From the NCBI GenBank assembly GCA_965217775.1, contig CBDCJH010000002.1:2656001-2720000 (forward strand): DNA of 64,000 nucleotides, given 5' to 3'. Positions 40,331 to 49,674 of this stretch are shown piece after piece (position 1 is the stretch's first letter; each line of letters begins with the position of its first letter). Origin of the DNA: Acidobacteriota bacterium (GTDB taxonomy: Bacteria > Acidobacteriota > UBA6911 > RPQK01 > JAJDTT01). The position numbers and the translations under genes are program-made. The notes under the pieces were generated by a model. That model was not told the DNA's origin. It was given only the letters and a program-made list of their open reading frames with translations, and did not search any database.

Positions 40331-40492
40331 GAGCCTGCGCCGCAGAAATTGATCTACTGCGAAAGCGGTAGAATCGGTCCATATTTCCCCGATTTCTCGG
40401 CGAATAGCACAACTATGCACCTCCAAATCGAGAAAATCTGGCCTCGATTCCCCACTTTCTCGCTACGATCATTTCTACCGCGCAGACTCCTA
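40328..40492. mobile_element. MITE-like element M3 abutting M2
   Basis: TAGGAGCCTGCGCCGCAGAAATTGATC ... GATCATTTCTACCGCGCAGACTCCTA. Its right end coincides with the TAG of the convergent NHL gene. Confidence 0.72.
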
Positions 40493-41503
40493 CTTCAGGC
40501 GCACCATCCGCTGGACCCGGCTGCCTTGGATGTCGCCCAGGTAGACGTCTCCCCGAGAGTCGACGGCGACGGCATGGACCCAGTTCAACGAGCCCGGCTC
40601 CCCCATCGCGCTCAGGGGAAAGGTCCAGTGCTCCAGGACCCGGCCTTCCGTGTTGAACTTCATCAGGATCTGGTCCTTGGGCGGGGCGCCCAAGCGGCCA
40701 CCACTTCCCCAACGCATGGGGGAGGACCCGCAGGCGTAGATCTCGTCGGTCTCGGACACCCAGAGCCCCCAGGGCACCAGGAGGTTCCGCCACTCGGCCA
40801 GGAAGCGTCCGTCCTGCTCGAAAACCTGGACCCGGGCGTTGCTGCGGTCCGCAACATAGAGGCGGCCCTTGGAGTCGACGACGATGCCGTGGGGCGTGTC
40901 GAATTCACCCGGAGCCGTTCCCAACTTTCCCCAAGTCTTGACGAAGCGGCCGTCGGCATCGTAGTGGACGACCCGGCTGTTTCCGTAGCCGTCGGTGACG
41001 AAAATGTCCCCGGCGGGCGTGATGGCCATATCGGTGGGACGGTTGAAGTGGCGGCCGTCCTCTCCGGCCTCACCCGGAACCCCCAGGGTCATGAGCAGCT
41101 TACCCTCGGGCGTGAACTTGTAGACCGCGTGGGCGCCGGCGTCCGACAGCCAGACGTTTCCCTCCGGCCCGATCTTCATATGGTGGGCACTTTTGAAGCC
41201 CTTGTCTTCCCAGGATCGGACCAGGGACCCATCCTGCCCGTAGACCTGGACGGGATCCTTACCCCGATGGAAGATCCAGACCTGGTCCTTGGCATCGACG
41301 TAAAGACCGGGCATCTGTCCCCATTCGAGACCGGCGGGCTTACGGGGCCATTCCGGGTCGACTTGATACCCAACGGCCAAGTTCACCTTGTCCGGTGCAG
41401 CAGCACTCCCCGAAATGATTCCGCCGGACCCGGTCAACCACCAGGAGAGGCCCAAAATGCTCCCCAGGGCAACGGCCTGCACCATGAGATACCTTCTGTT
41501 CAT
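40490..41503 (-). CDS. Secreted NHL-repeat protein, peptidyl-alpha-hydroxyglycine alpha-amidating lyase (PAL)-like
   Basis: FNRPTDMAI, VTDGYGNSRV, FDTPHGIVVD, YVADRSNARVQVF. Confidence 0.88.
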   Translation of the reverse strand: MNRRYLMVQAVALGSILGLSWWLTGSGGIISGSAAAPDKVNLAVGYQVDPEWPRKPAGLEWGQMPGLYVDAKDQVWIFHRGKDPVQVYGQDGSLVRSWEDKGFKSAHHMKIGPEGNVWLSDAGAHAVYKFTPEGKLLMTLGVPGEAGEDGRHFNRPTDMAITPAGDIFVTDGYGNSRVVHYDADGRFVKTWGKLGTAPGEFDTPHGIVVDSKGRLYVADRSNARVQVFEQDGRFLAEWRNLLVPWGLWVSETDEIYACGSSPMRWGSGGRLGAPPKDQILMKFNTEGRVLEHWTFPLSAMGEPGSLNWVHAVAVDSRGDVYLGDIQGSRVQRMVRLK

Positions 41504-41529
41504 AATTCTTTCCTCCTGGCGACTCCCGG

Positions 41530-42276
41530 TCACAATCTCTTGAGCCGGATGTCCTTGAACTCCACGTGGACTCCCAGGTCGTGCAGTTGCAATGCAATGC
41601 CGCCCTCCTCCAGACGTCCGGACTCGGCGTTGTCGGTGAATTCGGACGACAGCTTGCCGTTGATGAAAAACCGGCAGTGGTTGCCGCGGGCGATGACGTG
41701 GACCCGATTCCATTCGGGGCGGCGGTTCACGTGATCCAGTGTCAGCGGATCTTCGATGCGGGTCAACTGCGGGGTCTCGTCGGCCCCGATGACCAACCGG
41801 GTCCCGCGGGGATTGTCGGGTTCGGGTCGGGAGCCGAAGTGGAAATCCCAGGAGCCCAGTATGTTCTTTCCAATGCCCACGTGACCCAAGTCGGCGTGGT
41901 AGCTCTCGAACGGGCGCTTCCCGGTCACGTCGACCCGGGACCGGATGTCGATCCCGGTGTTGGCCTCGGTCAGCAGCCGGTAGCTCAGCTCAAGCTCGAA
42001 GTCGCGCAGTTCCTGGTCCTTCCAGAGCAGGTAAGAAGACCTCCCCAGGCAGATTCCGACCAGTCGACCATCCTGAACGGACCAGTCCCGGCTCGTCCCG
42101 CCCCCGGCGGCGCGCCAACCCTCGAGACTCTCGCCGTCGAAGATGGACACGAACCCGGGCTCCTCGCTGGAGGTCGGACCGCCGCATCCGCACAGGAGGC
42201 CGACGCTCAGAAACGTCAGAATCGAACAGCGGAGCCGGTTGGTCCAATCGCCGTTTCGGTCAGGCCCCGAATTCAT
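41530..42276 (-). CDS. DUF1080 (3-keto-disaccharide hydrolase-like) lipoprotein
   Basis: LLCGC lipobox, SIFDGESLEGW, DFELEL, NTGI, WN, IALQLH, FKDIR. Confidence 0.88.
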   Translation of the reverse strand: MNSGPDRNGDWTNRLRCSILTFLSVGLLCGCGGPTSSEEPGFVSIFDGESLEGWRAAGGGTSRDWSVQDGRLVGICLGRSSYLLWKDQELRDFELELSYRLLTEANTGIDIRSRVDVTGKRPFESYHADLGHVGIGKNILGSWDFHFGSRPEPDNPRGTRLVIGADETPQLTRIEDPLTLDHVNRRPEWNRVHVIARGNHCRFFINGKLSSEFTDNAESGRLEEGGIALQLHDLGVHVEFKDIRLKRL

Positions 42277-43007
42277 TCGCCGCCCTCTTCCTGCTTCTCC
42301 CCGTAGACGTGGCGGCTGAAGATCTCACGGATCTCGGCGGCGCTGCCCGCCGCCTGCAACTGTGCCATTCGCGACTCCTCTTCCTGCTGCATGGCCCGGA
42401 CGTTCATCAGCACCGCATCAAGCTTTTCCGCGGGGAACTTGCAGGCGCCGTTTTCGTCCATGTGGATGATCTCGCCGGGCGAAACGTCCATGCCCGCCAC
42501 CGTCACCGGCACGTTGACGGCGTGGAGGGCCGTGGGACCGTGGCCGGGAGTGGCTCCGCTGAGCAGATACTGGAATTTCATGGGACGGATCTCGTCCAGA
42601 TCTCGGGACGGACCGTTGGAGATGGCCGCCACGCAGCCGATGGCCTTGAGGGCGGAGGTCATGTTGCCTCCCGACAGGCCCACCTTGCCGGCGATCTCGG
42701 GCGGGAAATTCTGCTGGAAGACCAGGACCGTGGGCTGCTCCGACGCCTCCATGGCCTCCAGCACGTCGATGAAGGTCAGTTGCTTGTAGTTGGGATCGGG
42801 GAGCCCGAAGATGCAGGTGACGGCGTAACCCACGGTCCGCCCCAATTCGGGATACATGCATCGGATGGACTGGTCCGTGTACCAGTTCGTGGACCAGGGA
42901 TTGTAGAGCCCCAGGCACAAGGGATGGTCGGGATAGGTGGCCACCACGTTGGTGATGGAGGGGGTGTCGAAGTTCTTGAGTTCTTCCAGCATTTCAGATC
43001 GGTTCAT
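42273..43007 (-). CDS. RraA / HMG aldolase family protein
   Basis: FDTPSITN, VGYAVT, SRDLDE, PGEIIHMDENG. Confidence 0.88.
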   Translation of the reverse strand: MNRSEMLEELKNFDTPSITNVVATYPDHPLCLGLYNPWSTNWYTDQSIRCMYPELGRTVGYAVTCIFGLPDPNYKQLTFIDVLEAMEASEQPTVLVFQQNFPPEIAGKVGLSGGNMTSALKAIGCVAAISNGPSRDLDEIRPMKFQYLLSGATPGHGPTALHAVNVPVTVAGMDVSPGEIIHMDENGACKFPAEKLDAVLMNVRAMQQEEESRMAQLQAAGSAAEIREIFSRHVYGEKQEEGGE

Positions 43008-43192
43008 GTCCTGTTCCTTTCGCGCCCTTCGATTCCGGGTCCGCTGCCGATAGCGGGGCCGGGTCCATATCATCACAGATGAACCGGGTTGTTGGAAGTG
43101 CCGGGAGCGGCCCCGAGTTGTAGACTGAGTGTGAGGGATCCGGTCCCTCGGGGGAACACGCGTCGCAACCGGGTGCAACGGGGGGGAGTCCC

Positions 43193-43939
43193 ATGGAGAT
43201 CGTTCGAGAGAAGGACAAGGCCACCATGAGTCAAGCCGCCGCCGCCAGGGCCTCAACCAAACTGCGGGAAGCCATCGACCGGCAGGGGACCGCCAGATTC
43301 TGCGTGGCCACGGGCAGCTCGCAGTTCGACTTCCTGGCGGCGCTGACCGCGGACCGATCGATCGACTGGTCCCGGACGACCCTGTTCCACCTCGACGAAT
43401 ACACCGGGATCTCCGAGACCCACCCCGCCAGCTTCCGCCGCTATCTCCGGGAGCGCCTGGTGGACCGGGTGCATCCGGGAGAGGTCCACTTCATCCGGGG
43501 CGAGGCGCCCGACCCTCAGGCCGAGTGCCATCGGATCTCAGGCCTCATCCAAGAGGGCCCGATCGACGTCGCCTTCATCGGCATCGGAGAGAACGGGCAC
43601 CTGGCCTTCAACGATCCACCCGCCGATTTCGAAACCGAGGAGCCCTATATCCTGGTCACCCTGGACGCCGCCTGCCGGCGGCAGCAGGTCTCCGAGGGGT
43701 GGTTCGCCAGCATCGACAAGGTGCCGGTCCAGGCGGTCTCCATGTCCATCCGCCAGATCCTGAAGGCCGAGTCCATCGTCTGCACCGTTCCCGGCATCCG
43801 CAAAGCGGAGGCGGTCCGCAATTGCGTGGAAGGCGAGATCACACCCCTGCACCCCTCGTCCATAATGAGGACCCACTCCGATTGCCGCCTGTATCTGGAC
43901 CGGGATTCCGCCTCACTCCTGGGAACTGCCTCCGGCTGA
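43193..43939 (+). CDS. nagB: Glucosamine-6-phosphate deaminase family protein
   Basis: ATGSSQ, FHLDEY, GIGENGHLAFNDPP, KAEAV, PSSIM. Confidence 0.85.
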   Translation: MEIVREKDKATMSQAAAARASTKLREAIDRQGTARFCVATGSSQFDFLAALTADRSIDWSRTTLFHLDEYTGISETHPASFRRYLRERLVDRVHPGEVHFIRGEAPDPQAECHRISGLIQEGPIDVAFIGIGENGHLAFNDPPADFETEEPYILVTLDAACRRQQVSEGWFASIDKVPVQAVSMSIRQILKAESIVCTVPGIRKAEAVRNCVEGEITPLHPSSIMRTHSDCRLYLDRDSASLLGTASG

Positions 43940-44103
43940 ACAGTCCGTGGTGAAAGTCGCGCGAGCACCGAGACCGTTCCTGCGCCCGCCGGACAAGGCG
44001 CTTCAGAGGGAGCATACCGGGAGTATGTGAGCCGATAGCAACGCAGTCCGCACACGATGCAGGGACGGTCAAATGCCGTGACGACTTTTGCCACGGGCTG
44101 TGA
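43939..44103. mobile_element. MITE-like element, family M1, copy 2 (inverted relative to 15692-15855)
   Basis: AACAGTCCGTGGTGAAAGTC ... GACTTTTGCCACGGGCTGTG; near-identical internal sequence; begins at the nagB stop codon. Confidence 0.75.
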
Positions 44104-44348
44104 AGGTCCCGAGTCTGCAATAACCTTCACCACGGGCCATCCGCTAGAATGGATCGCAGGTCCGAGTAAATCGCTGGTTCCGACTGGACAGCCGGAGAAT
44201 CGATTGCAGATTCTTGAACTCCTTCGTTACTTGGTATGTAGGCAAGGATTGACGGGACGCCTGCCGGGAGTCGGGACAAAACCCGAGGTCGAAGATTCGC
44301 GACTCCAAATCGACGTTCGGAGAAGGCTTGAAGCGCCTCCGTCACCGG

Positions 44349-44834
44349 ATGGAGAAGGAACCAGTGAGGTACAGAGAGTCGATTTGGAGCGTCCCGGCGA
44401 CATGGCGGGACGCCTACTTCAAACTTTTTGTGGCTCTCGTTATAGTGACCACGGCTCTGGTCGTCTGGCACGAGGTGGCCAGTGGGACGACGGACGGCAA
44501 CCTGGAGACGTTCCTCGCCATCGCGCGAGGGCTGTCTCCCGTGGTCGTCGTGGTCGCTGCCTGGAGCGTGGTTTCCGTGGAGGTGGGAAGAATGTTTTCG
44601 GAATGGTATCTGAATCGACGTTACGCCAAGGGACGTGCCAAGGGGCGTGCCGAGGGGCGTGCCGAGGGACGTACCCAGGGGCGTGCCGAGGGACGTACCC
44701 AGGGGCGTGCCAGAGAGCGCAAGCGCTGGGAATCCTGGAACCGCGCGCGCATAGCCGCCGAGGAACAAGGAAACAGTTTCACCGAGCTACCTCCGGCGGC
44801 CGCTGACGATCATCAGACCGGTGAGCGCGCGTGA
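44349..44834 (+). CDS. Hypothetical membrane protein: two hydrophobic helices plus a C-terminal (GRxx)7 tetrad-repeat tail
   Basis: YFKLFVALVIVTTALVVW and LSPVVVVVAAWSVVSV; 12-bp repeats at about 44631-44714; in-frame internal GGAGGT-N7-ATG at 44592. Confidence 0.75.
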   Translation: MEKEPVRYRESIWSVPATWRDAYFKLFVALVIVTTALVVWHEVASGTTDGNLETFLAIARGLSPVVVVVAAWSVVSVEVGRMFSEWYLNRRYAKGRAKGRAEGRAEGRTQGRAEGRTQGRARERKRWESWNRARIAAEEQGNSFTELPPAAADDHQTGERA

Positions 44835-44942
44835 AAGATTCGCCGGATCCTGACTGGCCCCGAAATTCGGACGGGGGAGGATAGGCCGTCGGCAGTTTCC
44901 AGTCTTTCGCTTGAAATTTGGAAATTCTTAAGGGTGGGAAGA

Positions 44943-45137
44943 ATGTTTTCGGAATGGTATCTGAATCGACGTTACGCCAAGGGGCGTGCCGAGGGACGTG
45001 CCCAGGGGCGTGCCAGAGAGCGCAAGCGCTGGGAATCCTGGAACCGCGCGCGCTTGGCCGCCGAGGAACAAGGAAAAAGTTTCACCGAGCTACCTCCGGC
45101 AGCCGCTGACGATCATCAGACCGGTGAGCGCGCGTGA
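44943..45137 (+). CDS. Small protein matching the tail of 44349-44834, with 3 GRxx units
   Basis: MFSEWYLNRRYAKGRAEGRAQGRARERKRWESWNRARLAAEEQGKSFTELPP. Confidence 0.65.
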   Translation: MFSEWYLNRRYAKGRAEGRAQGRARERKRWESWNRARLAAEEQGKSFTELPPAAADDHQTGERA

Positions 45138-45238
45138 AAGATTCGTCAGATCCTGACTGAACCCGAAATTCGGACAGAGGAGGATAGGCTGCCGGCTGAA
45201 TCCAGTCTTCCGTTTGCAATTTCTTAAGGGCGCGAAAA

Positions 45239-45445
45239 ATGTTTTCGGAATGGTATCTCAATCGTCGTTACGCCAAGGGGCTTGCTGAGGGACGTTCTGA
45301 GGGGCGGGCTGAGGGGCGGGCAAGAGAGCGCGAACGCTGGAAAACCTGGAACCGCCTCCGAATGGAGGCCGAGGAACAGGGCAAGAGGTTCACCGAGCCG
45401 CCTCCGGCAGCCGTTGACGATCGGCTGCCCGGAGAACTCACCTGA
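45239..45445 (+). CDS. Third, more diverged small tail protein with 4 tetrad units
   Basis: MFSEWYLNRRYAKGLAEGRSEGRAEGRARERERWKTWNRLRMEAEEQGKRFTEPPP; synonymous changes preserve the frame. Confidence 0.7.
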   Translation: MFSEWYLNRRYAKGLAEGRSEGRAEGRARERERWKTWNRLRMEAEEQGKRFTEPPPAAVDDRLPGELT

Positions 45446-45510
45446 AACCGGAATACGGAGAACGAACGACCGCAAGACCGGTTGCATTCAAACCAGGACG
45501 ATTTGAAACC

Positions 45511-45533
45511 CCGGTGAGCCTTCCCCTCACCGG
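45511..45533. terminator. Hairpin between convergent genes, possible terminator
   Basis: CCGGTGAG-CCTTCCC-CTCACCGG; only a weak U-tract on the minus strand. Confidence 0.3.
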
Positions 45534-45557
45534 CCGGCGCGGGTGTGGTTTATGGCG

Positions 45558-46661
45558 TTACGCGATCCTGAGCCGGACCCAGCGGTTGTGGGTGACGGAT
45601 TCGACGGTGCACCAGAAGTAGACCAGTAGATCTCCGTCCGGGAGCAGAATTCCCCAGGGCCGGCCGAAGGCGATCTTCTGGTGGGCGTCGATGAACTCGT
45701 CCACCGCTTTCGCCGTCATGGTTTCCTCGCCGGCCCGAAACACCACGGCCTGATTTTCGACGTCGTAGTTCTCCAGATCCTCGGTGATCGCGACGTGGAT
45801 TCCCTGGGGTTCGCGGCGAAAATTGTAGATGGCCGCCACCCGGCCGTCGGGTAGCGCGATGGGGGCACAGAGCTGCCCCTGCAAGTTGGTGGGACGAGGC
45901 TTGCTCCAGGTCCGGCCGGCGTCCGCTGAAACCACCCAGTGGTCGTTGACGTCCTCTCCCTGCCCCACACCCCAGGTCCGGGTCCAGAGGGTGGTGTAGA
46001 TCCGTCCATCCGGCAACACGGACTGCATCTGGTCGGCGTAGTGGAGGCGCTCCTCCGGATCGTCGGCCACCACCGACCACTCGTCCCAGGTCTGTCCCTG
46101 ATCCGATGAGAAGACGGCCCCCGCCTTCTGGTCCACCGGCCCCTCGTAGCCGTCCGGCTTCCAAGTCTCGAACGGATACATCCAGCGGTCGGGCGCGAGA
46201 ATCAGGAGCTGACCCGAAAGGCTGCTCACGTATTTCTCGGGAGGCAGCGGGTTGGGCACCACCTCGGGTCCCGACCAGGACCGGCCCTGATCGGACGAGC
46301 GGAAGAGGACCATCTGTGTCGGCTTCAATCCCTCGGTGGCCGGATTGTACATCTCGTCGTTGTCCAGGAGATAACGGGCGGCCGCCATCACCAGGCTGCC
46401 ATCCTCCAGAGGAGCGATCATGGGCGCCCGGTAGCACCATCCATCCGCCGGGAGACCGCCGTGGATGCTTCCTTCGTTGGTCCAAATGCGGCCCCCGTCG
46501 GTGGAGCGCAACACCTCGATGTGGTTGTCCGGAGAGCACAAGCCGCTCCCGACGTGCTGCGCCGCCAGCAGCGACCCGCCCTGGAGTGGCCTCACGCAGG
46601 GAAAGTAGGCGCCGCGCCCAGGAACGTGAGAGAGAATTCCTCGGTCCACGATTTCGAGCAT
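45558..46661 (-). CDS. BNR/Asp-box sialidase-family protein without a signal peptide
   Basis: STDGGRIW, SSDQGRSW, SSDQGQTW, SADAGRTW. Confidence 0.82.
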   Translation of the reverse strand: MLEIVDRGILSHVPGRGAYFPCVRPLQGGSLLAAQHVGSGLCSPDNHIEVLRSTDGGRIWTNEGSIHGGLPADGWCYRAPMIAPLEDGSLVMAAARYLLDNDEMYNPATEGLKPTQMVLFRSSDQGRSWSGPEVVPNPLPPEKYVSSLSGQLLILAPDRWMYPFETWKPDGYEGPVDQKAGAVFSSDQGQTWDEWSVVADDPEERLHYADQMQSVLPDGRIYTTLWTRTWGVGQGEDVNDHWVVSADAGRTWSKPRPTNLQGQLCAPIALPDGRVAAIYNFRREPQGIHVAITEDLENYDVENQAVVFRAGEETMTAKAVDEFIDAHQKIAFGRPWGILLPDGDLLVYFWCTVESVTHNRWVRLRIA

Positions 46662-46696
46662 GGGAATTTCCTTGGAAGTCCGTCGCGCGGAAGCGG

Positions 46697-49579
46697 CTAC
46701 CTCTCGTAGGTCACCCAGGCCGGAGAGCCCCAGGCGATCTCGCCGTCCTCCTGCAGGACCCGAATGTAGTAGTAGCTCTCACCCGAGCCGGCCGCGTCGC
46801 CGTCCGTGAAGTCCAGACGGAACGTGGGCTGGCCGGGTTCCACCGAGTAGAGGACCCGGTTGTCCTTGATCAGGTCCACCCGCCTGATGGTCCCGGTCCC
46901 CAGTATGGCCGCCTGGATTCTCACCGGCTGAGAGCTGGTGAAGATCTCCCCCATCAGATGCTCGCCGCCGGACCCCACGAACCGGACGTCCAGCACGATG
47001 TTGTCGGTGGCGCCATAGGCCCGGCGGGCTCGTATGGCCTCCATCAAACCCTCCCGGGTGAGGCGCTCCGCGATGAGACAGGCATAGCTGATGTGGGTCG
47101 AAAGGTGGTCCGAAGAGGCGATGAACCCCAGCTTGAGACCCTTCTCCAGAGCGCTCCAGGCCGTGCCGTCACGGCGGGAAGGCGAACTGTCTTCCTGGAG
47201 TGTCGGCGTGGGCTCCAGCGTCTTGGGACGAGGGGAACCGGGATGCTCGTAGGTGTCGCGCATGCCCTGGTAGATCTCCAGCAGCGTCTCCACCTCGGGA
47301 TCGGAGTCCCGCCAGTCGGTTCCGGCCCCGGTGGCGATGGTGTGGGGGATGGAGGTGCCCCCGGTCCGGCGCAGGTAACCGAAGAGGCGCTCGGCCCCGT
47401 CCAGACCCATGCGTTCCGCCGTGAGCACTTCCAGGATGTTGTTTCCGCGCTGGGTGAAGAGGACGTTCCGGTGACCGTTGGGAAACTGGACCGAGCGCTC
47501 GTAGGCATAGAACGCGGTGAAGTCGTCGTCGAGCTGGAACAGATCGGCGAACTTCTGGGTCCGCCACCAGGCGTACGGCTCGGCGATTTCGTGGTTGTGG
47601 TCCGAGGTTCCCAGAAAGTCCATGGCCGCGGCGTCCCGCGCATACCGGTAGGCGTCGAGCAGACCGCCGTCGCCGCCCCCGTCCAGGGAGATGTCGGTGT
47701 GCCGGTGGGTGTCACCCCGGTAGATGAAGTAGGTCTTCCCGCCGGCCTCCACCCGATAGGAGCGGATCCGCTCCACCTGCTCGGCCTCGTCGGGATGGAT
47801 CCGGTCCACCGAACCGGCGGCGGCCGGCGACCAGGGCTGCAGGGCCAGCGTTTTCCGACCCGGACTCGATCCCAGGGGAGAGACCATCACCCGCCCGTAC
47901 TGGGGCAATGCCGACTTGGCGCTCCGCATGTCTGTGGCCCAGATGCCCCAGACGCGTCCGTCCGCATCGAGAGCCGTGGCCGGCGACATGTCGTTCCGCC
48001 CGCTGCTCTGCCGGACCCGGACCAGTTCACTCCACCGGGAGCCGTCATAGCGGGTGACGTGGACTTCCCACATGGGGAAGTACCGAGGCCTCCCGGCAGG
48101 ACCCCGCTTGGTGACGTTGCGGACCAGCAGCCAGGGATGCCCGTCCGCGTCGATCTGGAGATGGGGAAGCTCCCACTCGCGGGCCGCATCCAGGCGATCG
48201 CCCAAGGGATGGACCGTGGTGAGCAGTCGCTCGCCGTCCACGCAGGCCAGGCCCAACCAACGAGACTCCCTCAGCTCGGTTCCCTTGCGTTGAACCAGCC
48301 GGCCCGTGTCCTTGCCCCACTCGGGACCCGACTCGTGCCAGGCCACCCAGATTCGGTCCTGCGGATCCACGGCGACCGTCGGGGCGGCCTCGAAGCGCTC
48401 GGTCCCCGCCACCACCTGGACCGGCTGCCACTCGCCGGCAGAGTATCGCCTCAGGTAGACGTCGTAGTTCCCCGCCGCATAGCCGTCCCAGACCACGGCC
48501 ACCGACCCGGATTCGCCGGCAGCCACCGACGGGGTCCAGTTGTTCCCTTCGGCTGAATCGCCCTGACCGAGTTGGACCGTCTCGCTCCAGCGGGCCCCCT
48601 CCAAGCTCCGGGCCACGATCTGGCTTCGTCCCTCGATGACCGTCTGCCAGACCAGCAAGAGGTTCCCCGATTTGTCGGTGACGGCCCTGTGATAGATGTC
48701 GGGACCCGGCTCCCGGGTCAAACGGTGAACGCCGGACCAGGCCTCGCCGTCGTGGCGGCGGGCGTACAGATCCCAGTTCCCTTCCACCTGCATCGACCAG
48801 ATGGCCCAGACCCCGCCGTCCGAGTCGTGGGCCAGAGCGCTGCGGAACACGTCCGCCTCCCGGGCCAGGACCCAGACCGGTCCCCAGGCATCCCCCTGCT
48901 TGCGCCGGACGCAGACCGAATCGTGATGGCGCTCGTCATACTCCTGCCACGCGGCCCAGAGGTCTCCCGAAGGGGTGGCCATGAGGGCCGGATAGTCCTG
49001 CTGGCCGGTCCGCTCCCGAGCCACCTGAGCCGCCGGCGGCACCCGCTCCACCCGGACTCGATCTCCGAGCCGGGACTCGGGACGGAACAACGGCAGATCC
49101 GCCGGACCGACGGAGAAGTCCTGTCCTCCGGCCCGGACCTGGAACGGCGCCTGGCCCGGATTGTCCCAGAGCCGGACGAAGAGGCTGGGGTGCCGGATCC
49201 GGGCTCGATCCTGATAGCGAACCCAGTCAAAGGTGGTGTGCGCCAGCCAGCTTTCGGGTCCCGTGAGCCGGTCGTTGGGGATCTTCGGGTCGACGATGGT
49301 GCGCCAGCCGGCGCCGAAGTCGTGACGGTAAACTCCGGCGCGGAAGTGCTCGGGGACCAGCTCCGCTTTCTGGCCCGGCTGGAGGCGGAGATTCCCGGAC
49401 CAGTCCCGGGGCTCCGAATCGGTGAGGCCCAGAGTGACCCGAAACACCGAATCCGGAAATCGGATGTCGGAAACGGGAACCGACTCGACCTTCGAGTCCA
49501 GGGCCGATTCCTGGGACCCGCATCCCGACAGGACCAAGATCAGAACCAACGAGACGGAGGCACTCTGCCTTTTCTTCAT
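46697..49579 (-). CDS. Lipoprotein with beta-propeller and C-terminal PHP-like metallohydrolase (DUF3604-like) domain
   Basis: LSGC lipobox; GDTHRHT, SDH, GHRN, IPHT, GFIASSDH, YYYIRV.QEDGEIAWGSP. Confidence 0.75.
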   Translation of the reverse strand: MKKRQSASVSLVLILVLSGCGSQESALDSKVESVPVSDIRFPDSVFRVTLGLTDSEPRDWSGNLRLQPGQKAELVPEHFRAGVYRHDFGAGWRTIVDPKIPNDRLTGPESWLAHTTFDWVRYQDRARIRHPSLFVRLWDNPGQAPFQVRAGGQDFSVGPADLPLFRPESRLGDRVRVERVPPAAQVARERTGQQDYPALMATPSGDLWAAWQEYDERHHDSVCVRRKQGDAWGPVWVLAREADVFRSALAHDSDGGVWAIWSMQVEGNWDLYARRHDGEAWSGVHRLTREPGPDIYHRAVTDKSGNLLLVWQTVIEGRSQIVARSLEGARWSETVQLGQGDSAEGNNWTPSVAAGESGSVAVVWDGYAAGNYDVYLRRYSAGEWQPVQVVAGTERFEAAPTVAVDPQDRIWVAWHESGPEWGKDTGRLVQRKGTELRESRWLGLACVDGERLLTTVHPLGDRLDAAREWELPHLQIDADGHPWLLVRNVTKRGPAGRPRYFPMWEVHVTRYDGSRWSELVRVRQSSGRNDMSPATALDADGRVWGIWATDMRSAKSALPQYGRVMVSPLGSSPGRKTLALQPWSPAAAGSVDRIHPDEAEQVERIRSYRVEAGGKTYFIYRGDTHRHTDISLDGGGDGGLLDAYRYARDAAAMDFLGTSDHNHEIAEPYAWWRTQKFADLFQLDDDFTAFYAYERSVQFPNGHRNVLFTQRGNNILEVLTAERMGLDGAERLFGYLRRTGGTSIPHTIATGAGTDWRDSDPEVETLLEIYQGMRDTYEHPGSPRPKTLEPTPTLQEDSSPSRRDGTAWSALEKGLKLGFIASSDHLSTHISYACLIAERLTREGLMEAIRARRAYGATDNIVLDVRFVGSGGEHLMGEIFTSSQPVRIQAAILGTGTIRRVDLIKDNRVLYSVEPGQPTFRLDFTDGDAAGSGESYYYIRVLQEDGEIAWGSPAWVTYER

Positions 49580-49674
49580 GGATCACAATTCCCCCGCTTA
49601 TCGGTCCGGTTTTCCCAGTGGTCTAACATGAGTATGGGGAGCGGGACAAGATTCGATTTCAAGCCGCGAGGAGA

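Noticed and set aside
44631-44714. Short direct repeats considered as a CRISPR array
   Set aside because: The units are 12 bp, contiguous, have no spacers and are in-frame coding repeats; no cas genes are present.
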